Both the position numbers and the translations under genes were made by a program. A model generated the notes under the pieces. The model searched no databases, had not been told where the DNA came from, and saw only the letters and a program-made list of their open reading frames with translations. 32,000 nucleotides of DNA from contig PRDJ01000035.1 of the NCBI GenBank assembly GCA_003345555.1, forward strand, positions 1 through 32,000, given 5' to 3'. The stretch's first letter is position 1. Each line of letters opens with the position of its first letter. Origin of the DNA: Candidatus Thorarchaeota archaeon. GTDB lineage: Archaea > Asgardarchaeota > Thorarchaeia > Thorarchaeales > Thorarchaeaceae. Positions 17,621 through 24,842 of this stretch are shown piece after piece.

Positions 17621-18772
17621 CTAGAACACCTTTCGCTTGATATCGATTCCTCGAGCCCGCATCTGCTCAATGAACAGACTAGGAGGAATGGCCTTCTCCG
17701 GCGGAAGCACTCCCCTGTCCTTGATCGTTCCGTCTGCTATCCATACTGCTATGAGCGCGGCAGGAAAGGCTGTTGTTCTCATCATCGATGTCAGGCCGGT
17801 CTCGTCATCGAAGTAGTCGATCAATTCATACTCTACTTTGCGAGACTCAGTTCCTTTCCACCCCTCGACCGTAACACGCAGAAGTGTCACGTCTTTCTCT
17901 GACTTAGGCAGGTTCTTTTCAAGTAGCCTCTCAAGCACCTTCCTAGGGGCTATTTTCTTGCCATCGAAATCCTGTTCGGTACTGTCCATGAATCCAAGCC
18001 TGTAAAGACACCACATTTTGTGCCCATGTCCGGGATATCTCAGCGTTTTGTAGTCAAGGTCCTTGACCTTGCCCTGGTATGTAAGAGGAAGGGTTGAGCT
18101 GCCACCGCTGGTATTGAAGGCCTCAAGCATTCCGAACGGTTCGGGAAACTGGACCTGCTCGAAACCGACAAGCGGGTCCTCGTAAGCTATCTTGCCGCTT
18201 CGCAATACTCTGCAAGGTTCAACATACTCGTTGATCAACCCTTCAACGGAGAATAACAAAGAGTAGTTCAGTGGAGGCTGAGGCTTCTGCTGGAGTCCTC
18301 CCACTCTTATCTTCACTCGCTCTGTCCTAGTCAGATAATCGACCCCGTCGCGCACAAGAACACTGACCATGCCCGGAGCGAGTCCGCAGTCAGGTATCAC
18401 TGTCACCCCGGCCGCCTTGGCTTTACTGTGCATCTCAAGCTGCTTTTCCACGACCGTCAGGTTTCCTCCGAGATCGCACATGTGTACTCCGGTCTCGATT
18501 GCCACTTCTGTACACAAAGTGTTTATCGAATAACTGGCACAACTGATTACCGAGTTCACTCTTGAGAACGACTTGGCCAGCTGGGTCTTGTCCCGACCAT
18601 CCAGCTTCTCTGCGACTGCCTTGGGTCCCGTCTCTTTCGCGAGGCTTTCGGCACGCTGAAGGTCGACGTCGGCTATGTGTATCTGATCGACCTTTGGGTT
18701 CTTGGCAAGATCATACACTGCTCCCCTGCCCATCATGCCTGAGCCAACAACCAGGACCTTCAAGCCAATCAT
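17621..18772 (-). CDS. Saccharopine dehydrogenase family protein, lysine 6-dehydrogenase-like
   Basis: GSGMMG Rossmann motif, DLGG, PDCGLAPG, YKTLRYPGH and MMRTTAFP. Confidence 0.8.
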   Translation of the reverse strand: MIGLKVLVVGSGMMGRGAVYDLAKNPKVDQIHIADVDLQRAESLAKETGPKAVAEKLDGRDKTQLAKSFSRVNSVISCASYSINTLCTEVAIETGVHMCDLGGNLTVVEKQLEMHSKAKAAGVTVIPDCGLAPGMVSVLVRDGVDYLTRTERVKIRVGGLQQKPQPPLNYSLLFSVEGLINEYVEPCRVLRSGKIAYEDPLVGFEQVQFPEPFGMLEAFNTSGGSSTLPLTYQGKVKDLDYKTLRYPGHGHKMWCLYRLGFMDSTEQDFDGKKIAPRKVLERLLEKNLPKSEKDVTLLRVTVEGWKGTESRKVEYELIDYFDDETGLTSMMRTTAFPAALIAVWIADGTIKDRGVLPPEKAIPPSLFIEQMRARGIDIKRKVF

Positions 18773-18999
18773 TCCCTCGCGAGTATTTGACTAGATAGTG
18801 TTCTCCGGGATAAAAACAGTATCGAAGGTTTGAGGAGCCCAATGGCTCACTCCTTTCGAGGAGCACTCTGCCCTCTGATGGTTTCAAGAAAGGTGGCAGG
18901 TGAACGACAGAAATAGCTCCATTCACCAAGAGTCAGCTAACCATGGTAGGTCCTCACGCGGTTCATCTGTTGTTACAGAGTACATGAAGAAGAAAGAGT

Positions 19000-19101
19000 A
19001 GCATCAGCAGACCCGACGAGTTCTCGTCGCCGGGCCCGCAGATGCTCGTGGAGCTAGCAGCTCGATGAGCCGCTAGCTACCTTCCAGCCCTAATCACGAG
19101 C
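19000..19101 (-). other. Twin stem-loop structured element followed by a pyrimidine tract (3' UTR/terminator or small RNA)
   Basis: Minus-strand hairpins at 19101-19044 and 19046-19000, with G-U pairs that only form on the minus strand, followed by ACTCTTTCTTCTTC. Confidence 0.5.
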
Positions 19102-19125
19102 TGTGAGATCGGATGACCCTACTCA

Positions 19126-19281
19126 CTATGCTCGTTTACTAGTTGGCTGTGTTCTCGTGGTCGAACCTTGGGTCTGACCAGTCCGGGTTGCAGTTGTATG
19201 CGACGCCGTCGGCTGCTCCCTGTTCTGACGATTGCGCTTGTCAGCACGAGACTTGCTAGTGTGATTGTTGTGTTTGCCCAC
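19126..19281 (-). CDS. Small basic, hydrophilic 51-aa protein, below the ORF track cutoff
   Basis: Perfect archaeal SD GGAGGTGA 8 nt upstream of GTG 19281; reads MGKHNNHTSKSRADKRNRQNREQPTASHTTATRTGQTQGSTTRTQPTSKRA, then TAG TGA. Confidence 0.55.
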   Translation of the reverse strand: MGKHNNHTSKSRADKRNRQNREQPTASHTTATRTGQTQGSTTRTQPTSKRA

Positions 19282-19540
19282 TACCTATCTCACCTCCATG
19301 GCATGATAGAAAGCGGACTGCTGCGATGCATTCCTGTCAGCACAAAGGTGCGGACACGAATCCGCAGTTCTACCTTCTGCGATTGAGATAGGCGTGTATC
19401 GACACGTCGGCAAGATGGGGATCCGACTCAGTGAGCTGAAAGCCCTTGGTCGAAATCCGTACTCCCCGATTCAATTGTGGTAGATACGATGTATCATGTT
19501 GAGGCAGTATCGCCTTCACACACATATGCGTAATGAATGC

Positions 19541-19552
19541 TAATAAAGCTTT
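19541..19552 (-). promoter_or_regulatory. Putative BRE/TATA element
   Basis: AAAGCTTTATTA on the minus strand, matching the motif class seen upstream of other genes. Confidence 0.45.
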
Positions 19553-19737
19553 ACCCAGCCGTTTCGGGAAATCAGGGATTTATCAGGTCCCGCCGCAGGT
19601 GTTCGGGCTGTAACGCACTTGTTCATGAGAGTGGCAAATTTGCCCTATTTTCGGCGATTTGCTGTCAGATTCAAGGCGCACAAACATACGAAATCCCGAC
19701 TTCCAAATCTGACTGACCGACTAGAAGCGTCGCAAGT

Positions 19738-19986
19738 TCATGAACTTCCTCCGCCGACCGGGGGAAAGAATACCACGAGATCATCATCGGACAGTTTCTG
19801 ATTCAAGTCGAAAGTGCGGACACCATTGACGAATATGATGCGTGCTTGGTCGGGCGGAAATCGAAGCCTGGCAATTATATCCGAGATTCTTCCGTGCTGC
19901 AGCTCCACTTCGAAGGACTCTCCTATCGCCGTACCGGGCGGCGCAAACTGACGAAGCGTTGCATAGAGCTTGACGTTAACGTGCAT
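19738..19986 (-). CDS. MoaD/ThiS/SAMP-type ubiquitin-like beta-grasp protein with a short extension after the Gly motif
   Basis: VKLYATLR...IFVNG...DDDLVVFFPPVGGG, followed by SS before the stop (CCG GTC GGC GGA GGA AGT TCA TGA). Confidence 0.88.
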   Translation of the reverse strand: MHVNVKLYATLRQFAPPGTAIGESFEVELQHGRISDIIARLRFPPDQARIIFVNGVRTFDLNQKLSDDDLVVFFPPVGGGSS

Positions 19987-19995
19987 CCCAATCGC

Positions 19996-20316
19996 CTAGT
20001 AGTAGTCGACATCCACGTCAGTATGCGTGTAGCCATGACCCTTGAGATGCTGCCCTCCGCAGAGAAGAACCATGTTGAACGGAAAGAGACCTATGCGAGC
20101 TCCTTCTGGAATAAGTGAAGAGGGCTTTGCGAGAGTACCATCAATGAAACAGTCTCCAAGATCACTTGGCTTCAAGCCTAGACGTGCGACTAGGCCGCCG
20201 AACGTCTCGTTCGAGATACTATCGAGCCGCAACACCGTGTCTTCGTCAGGTCGACTATCTGGAACTAGGGACCTTAGTGCACCGTACAAATGAATCTCTA
20301 TCCGTCTGGAATTCAT
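19996..20316 (-). CDS. Atypical MoaD/ThiS-like beta-grasp protein with internal CGG and an 18-aa His-containing tail
   Basis: Start ATG 20316; IHLYGALR...CFIDG...EGARIGLFP follows the beta-grasp pattern and ends MVLLCGGQHLKGHGYTHTDVDVDYY. Confidence 0.7.
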   Translation of the reverse strand: MNSRRIEIHLYGALRSLVPDSRPDEDTVLRLDSISNETFGGLVARLGLKPSDLGDCFIDGTLAKPSSLIPEGARIGLFPFNMVLLCGGQHLKGHGYTHTDVDVDYY

Positions 20317-20452
20317 GATTGTCTTCCTTACATCGCTTGTCTCTTGAGCGACTATGCATTGCAATCTAGCTTACGTAAGACAATAAGCTTGCGGATATGG
20401 TTGCTGAAAAATGAGGAAGGAGGGGATTCAGAATCCCCTCTTCGGTCTAATA

Positions 20453-22246
20453 CTAGGTTCCCTTGTATACTGCGTCGATATCTCCATCAGAGACATCGAA
20501 CGTGACATTGTGAGGCGGAAGCTTCTCTGTTCGGAAGAACTCAGGTAGACGGTCATCTCGTTCTGTGAAGCCTGCTCTCTTGTTGAAGTCGCGTTCGGCC
20601 TTCAGCACTTTCATTCCATACTCCGTCACATCGATCTTCTTACCAAGGAATGCATCCACGCTGTCTGTCATTCCCTTGAATCCCTCGTCAATGTCGAGGA
20701 CTGCGAACGCAATGAACAGACAATAGCCAGTGGAATCGATGTACGCGGTAGTGGCTTGAAAGGCTCGCGAGAGATCTGCTTTCTTGAGTTCTCTTGGGTC
20801 AGTGACCTTGCCCTTGATTCCAAGTATCTCTGCGGCGATTGTGTAACCTGACGTATGGTCGGCTCCCATCGGAGTTGTCGCATAGGTCACACCAATACCA
20901 CGGATTGGTCTTGGGTCGTAGGCCGGCAGTGACTGTCCTTTGACAACAGGAATCCGTGTCACTCCCAACACGTGACCTGCACTTGACGCCCCCGAGGATA
21001 CCAATCTGCCAAGGTAGGACTTGGGATTGTACGCTTCCTTAAGTGCAGCTATAGCTGCTGGTCCGTCGCCGAACTTGATCATTCCTGATTCCATCAGCAT
21101 TGCAAGCGTGTTTCCAGTCTCAATGGTATCCAATCCGAGGTCGTTGCAGAGCCTGTTCAGTTCCGCTATGTCTTGAAGCACATCGATGCCCAGATTGGGC
21201 CCTAACGACCACGTCGTTTCGTACTCAAGAGGCGAAACATGCATCTTACCTGTGTTCTCATATGGTACTGCGTTGGAGCAAGCCATGATGCAGCCGACAT
21301 GACACGGGTGACCGTACTTTCCTTCTGCCTTGTCGCCGAATTTCGCTTTCGTCTTGTCCACAAGCTCGTGTATGGCTTCTCCAGATACCTTGGCCGCGTT
21401 TTCGAAGCGTCCGGCACTGAAAGCTCTTGTGGGCAAACCGCCTGCTTCATTCAGGATGTTGATGAGCACTGCCGTTCCATAGTTTTTCAGGGCACCGAAC
21501 GGCTTTCCCTGTGGATCCTTGAGAACGCCCGTGACGGCCTGAGTATCAAGCGCCTTGGCGAGCGCTTTCCTACCACTCTCGAAGAGTGTCTTATCCTTGG
21601 CTGTTGGCACTGCCCCGCCTGTGTCCTCGCTGATGATTGCGACGACATGCTTTGAGCCGAGGACTGCACCGATCCCGCCTCGTCCAGCGTACCTGCCAGG
21701 GTCGTTGTTCTCGATATTGTTACCGAAGATTCCGGCTGCCTTCATCAAGCGCTGTCCAGCAACCCCGCACCCAATCACGCCGGGTTTGGACGGGAAATCC
21801 TTCCAAGCCTTTGCAATCATCTCATAGCATCCTATTCCGGCATAGTCATTCTTCTTGAGGATCTCGGCCTTGTCCTTCCCTACGTGGATGATGTACCAGT
21901 CTGTCGTACCTTTGGGTGGGGCACCCTCAATAATGATTCCTTTTACGCCTATACGACCCAGCTTAGTCGCTGTAATTCCGCCTGCATTAGACTCCTTTAT
22001 GCCGCTGGTAAGCGGCGATTTCGCACCAACACTCAGCCTCCCGGAGGAAGGCGCAGAGGTCCCGGCTAGGAGACCTGGCGAAACAACAAACTTGTTGCGT
22101 TCGCGGAGCGGGTGGCACGTGGGATCGACTTCAGTGGACACGATTGTTGAAGTGAAAGCACGGCCAGCCAGCTGTTCCTGCTCAGGCTTGACCTTCTCCC
22201 ATTTGAAGCTGAGGTCATTCATATTGACTCTCAGGATCTTGCTCAT
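20453..22246 (-). CDS. aor: Tungsten-type aldehyde:ferredoxin oxidoreductase (AOR/WOR family)
   Basis: SVGAKSPLTSGIKESNAGG, GRGGIGAVLGSK, CHVGCIMAC, EYET, DLGLDTIE, GYCLF and ERDFNKRAGF...DRLPEFF. Confidence 0.93.
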   Translation of the reverse strand: MSKILRVNMNDLSFKWEKVKPEQEQLAGRAFTSTIVSTEVDPTCHPLRERNKFVVSPGLLAGTSAPSSGRLSVGAKSPLTSGIKESNAGGITATKLGRIGVKGIIIEGAPPKGTTDWYIIHVGKDKAEILKKNDYAGIGCYEMIAKAWKDFPSKPGVIGCGVAGQRLMKAAGIFGNNIENNDPGRYAGRGGIGAVLGSKHVVAIISEDTGGAVPTAKDKTLFESGRKALAKALDTQAVTGVLKDPQGKPFGALKNYGTAVLINILNEAGGLPTRAFSAGRFENAAKVSGEAIHELVDKTKAKFGDKAEGKYGHPCHVGCIMACSNAVPYENTGKMHVSPLEYETTWSLGPNLGIDVLQDIAELNRLCNDLGLDTIETGNTLAMLMESGMIKFGDGPAAIAALKEAYNPKSYLGRLVSSGASSAGHVLGVTRIPVVKGQSLPAYDPRPIRGIGVTYATTPMGADHTSGYTIAAEILGIKGKVTDPRELKKADLSRAFQATTAYIDSTGYCLFIAFAVLDIDEGFKGMTDSVDAFLGKKIDVTEYGMKVLKAERDFNKRAGFTERDDRLPEFFRTEKLPPHNVTFDVSDGDIDAVYKGT

Positions 22247-22469
22247 ACTGGTCTAAACGCCTCCTTGCTGCTGAAGACATACATACTGCTGGGATATATG
22301 CCAGTGTTATGCACGACTGCGCATATCGTGCTTCTCTTTACAAGCAGGTGCACGTCAGAAGTGGAAGTGTTCTGAAGTTGGAGAAGTACCGAATCCTCTC
22401 TAGGGCCGAAAGAGAATATAGTCCCTTTTTGCTAGGCACAGGTGAGCAGATTCCGTACAGAAAGGATCG

Positions 22470-23348
22470 TTGAGTCAGATGTGTGAATGGTGTTACAAAC
22501 ACGGTGCGGGTCAGAAGTGGTACTTGAACTCGAAGAACTACCTGCGTGAGACCGCACTTGAGGTCGGGGCCCATGATTACATCTTTGAGTTATGGAAGCA
22601 GTTTGACAAGGTCTATCTCCAGAGGATTTATGGTATTTCCATGAAGGGACCGGGATACAAGTTCCGGATTCCCTTGGTTGGCAGGGTTCTGAGAAGCTAC
22701 GTCAATGGATGGTTCCGTAAGGAGAGACCGGTAAAAGGTCGAAACCCGAGAAGAGCAGAAGGGCATCCAGGGCAGGTTGTGCCACTTGAAGATGCAAAGA
22801 AGATTCTGGAGCTCGCGAGTCCCATTCTCAGAGTCAATTGCGCTTGCAGGAAGATGACGCGCGGAATCAATGATCCCTGTTGCCTTGCTTTTGGTGCGCT
22901 CGCCGAGATGGTTCCCAAGCTGCCACGCTACATTCCAGATCGAGGGATGGAACCCCTTCACGTCGATGAAGCACAATCATTCGTAGAGGAGATGAATACG
23001 GCTGGGCGCATCAACACCGTCTGGTTTGGCCCCATGCCCTACATCGCTGCGCTGTGTAACTGCCAACAACCGGAATGCGCCGCCGTGAGACTCAAGACCT
23101 CCTACAATCTCCAATTCCTATACAAAGGCGAATACGTGTCCAAGGTTGATTTGTCAAAATGCGACGGTTGTCGTGCTTGTTCATCGAGATGCCAGTTCGG
23201 TGCGCTGACCTTTAGCCACTTGATGAACGGCCCGTTCATCGACGCTTGGAAATGCTATGGCTGCGGTCTATGTGCCACGGCATGTCCTCAGCATGCAATC
23301 CAGCTTGTCGAGCGTGTCTCACTTCCCGCTCTCAAGGAGGTATGGTGA
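22470..23348 (+). CDS. Multi-cysteine Fe-S protein with a C-terminal 2x[4Fe-4S] ferredoxin domain
   Basis: TTG start; CDGCRACSSRC and CYGCGLCATACP motifs, plus additional CEWC, CAC, CC and CNCxxxxC cysteines. Confidence 0.85.
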   Translation: MSQMCEWCYKHGAGQKWYLNSKNYLRETALEVGAHDYIFELWKQFDKVYLQRIYGISMKGPGYKFRIPLVGRVLRSYVNGWFRKERPVKGRNPRRAEGHPGQVVPLEDAKKILELASPILRVNCACRKMTRGINDPCCLAFGALAEMVPKLPRYIPDRGMEPLHVDEAQSFVEEMNTAGRINTVWFGPMPYIAALCNCQQPECAAVRLKTSYNLQFLYKGEYVSKVDLSKCDGCRACSSRCQFGALTFSHLMNGPFIDAWKCYGCGLCATACPQHAIQLVERVSLPALKEVW

Positions 23349-23570
23349 ACGAAAACACATATCGCTGTAGACTACGGGAAATGTGGAGATCCAAGGGAGT
23401 GCAAGAAGTGCCTTCTGGCTTGCCCTTCTGCACTCTTCATTTTGTACTCCCCGGATAGAGAGAGTAACGATCCGAGCGTGTGGAGAGTAGACGTAGCGTT
23501 CACTGACCTTTGCACCCGCTGCCTAGATTGTGTGAACGCCTGTCCCAAAGGTGCCATCAGAATCAAATGA
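23349..23570 (+). CDS. Small 2x[4Fe-4S] ferredoxin with no canonical start codon (first codon ACG)
   Basis: Not in the ORF track. In frame directly after the TGA of the previous gene: (T/M)KTHIAVDYGKCGDPRECKKCLLACP...LCTRCLDCVNACPKGAIRIK. SD GGAGGT lies 7 nt upstream of the ACG. Confidence 0.8.
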   Translation, partial: TKTHIAVDYGKCGDPRECKKCLLACPSALFILYSPDRESNDPSVWRVDVAFTDLCTRCLDCVNACPKGAIRIK

Positions 23571-23588
23571 TGGTGCGCCAGAGAGATA

Positions 23589-24809
23589 TCAAGGCGTTGT
23601 TTGAGACTTCAGAGGAGCTCTCCTATAGAGAGCCCATGAAACGATTAGGTACAGAATTGAGGCGCCCAGTATCGCTTCAAAGAGCACCCTGATTCCCACT
23701 TCATAGAACGGTTCGAATAGAACAGGAATCAACGCGTTGCCAATGAACTGTGCTGACATGAGAAGACCTGCTAGGGCGCCGCGCTTTCCAGGTGCGAGCA
23801 TCTGGCTATAGTAAATCGAAGTAGGATATAGCATTCCTGCGGCAACCGCAACGACGAGGAGGGCAGCTGTGACACGCGGCAGACTGAGCGGATTCCCAAG
23901 GTCGTCTATACTAGTAAGAACAATGGCGGAAAGAATCAGTGTCGTTATCCCCAGTATGAGAGGAAGACGTACTCCTCTACGTTTAGTGAGCCAGCCCGCA
24001 ACGACTCCCACAACAGCGGCCACTAGGCCGGAGATCATCAGGAGATTGCCGATGACAGTGTCACTAATCAGACCCGTGAGCGCCCTCGAGGTCCAGACTA
24101 CTGTCGCAAGATATGTCTCAGCGAACATGAATCCCATGAGCATAAGCAACAGAACCACAGGTCGACGTAATTCCTGTGATACGTATGAGAGAAAGACTCT
24201 CATTCCGGAACCAACTGCCCGGGCAGTTCCTGCATTTCTGCTGAATGCAATAGCTGGCAACACAAGAAGTGTTACGAAGAACAGTGAGGCATAGAACCAA
24301 CGCCAACTGTGTGTCAGAATAATACTTGCGGCAAAAGGTCCCAATGCAACACCGATTGACCCCACGGCTCCTATTATGCCCATCTTTGTTGGGACGCTTT
24401 CTGGTGGTGTTAGATCTGTTATGAGTGCGATGGCCGCGGGATTGATGAATCCCCACCCTATGCCCATTATGATGTGTGCTCCGGCGTAGGTACTAACCGA
24501 TGTGGATGTTGCTGACATAGCCAGCCCAAGTGAGGACAGCGCCACCCCACAAAACACAACGGGCGTTCTTCCTACGACATCTGAGATAGCGCCCGAGATC
24601 AGCTGCAATATGGCAAAGGGCACCATGAATGCTGTGATGGCGACCATTACCTCACTCGGGTCCACAGCGAACTCATGCGAGAGAGAACCAAAAAGAACCA
24701 GCATACCATTCATGATGAATGGCCCAACTAATAGAAGGACATAGGCAGCACCTTCGGCCAATCCTGATCTTGGTTTCTTTTCGCAGCTTACTTGCTCTAC
24801 ATCAGACAT
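23589..24809 (-). CDS. MFS transporter (12-TM, drug/metabolite-type)
   Basis: Motif A GAISDVVGRTPV and a second copy GWLTKRRGVR; about 12 hydrophobic helices. ATG 24809 is preferred for SD (GAGGTGA) spacing; the track start is 24818. Confidence 0.9.
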   Translation of the reverse strand: MSDVEQVSCEKKPRSGLAEGAAYVLLLVGPFIMNGMLVLFGSLSHEFAVDPSEVMVAITAFMVPFAILQLISGAISDVVGRTPVVFCGVALSSLGLAMSATSTSVSTYAGAHIIMGIGWGFINPAAIALITDLTPPESVPTKMGIIGAVGSIGVALGPFAASIILTHSWRWFYASLFFVTLLVLPAIAFSRNAGTARAVGSGMRVFLSYVSQELRRPVVLLLMLMGFMFAETYLATVVWTSRALTGLISDTVIGNLLMISGLVAAVVGVVAGWLTKRRGVRLPLILGITTLILSAIVLTSIDDLGNPLSLPRVTAALLVVAVAAGMLYPTSIYYSQMLAPGKRGALAGLLMSAQFIGNALIPVLFEPFYEVGIRVLFEAILGASILYLIVSWALYRRAPLKSQTTP

Positions 24810-24842
24810 ACCTGCCATTCACCTCTCTCATTGATTCTGCTC

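Noticed and set aside
19126-19128. TAG of the microprotein as pyrrolysine or read-through
   Set aside because: The next codon is TGA, so read-through would add only one residue.
19168-19386. 72-aa plus-strand ORF in the track
   Set aside because: No SD, and it is antisense to the better-supported minus-strand microprotein; probably a shadow ORF.
19449-19467. GGGGAGTACGGATTTCGAC on the minus strand resembles a tmRNA 5' end
   Set aside because: No matching 3' acceptor strand or T-arm within ~450 nt (the CTCCAC near 19050 pairs at only 4 positions and has no T-loop), and no tag-like reading frame ending in Ala-Ala. A cmsearch with the tmRNA model would settle it.
19585-19620. GTTCGGGCTGTAAC on the plus strand resembles the archaeal SRP Alu domain
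   Set aside because: No S-domain (helix 6/8) follows on the same strand; the helix-8-like motif is on the opposite strand.
22311-22331. Inverted repeat GCACGA-N9-TCGTGC between aor and the Fe-S gene
   Set aside because: Single occurrence of a 6-bp arm that matches no regulator site I can name; within chance expectation.
23346-23348. TGA as selenocysteine joining the Fe-S protein and the ferredoxin
   Set aside because: The codon lies in a linker (VW*TK), not at a Cys-equivalent position, and a well-spaced SD argues for separate initiation. No SECIS was identified.
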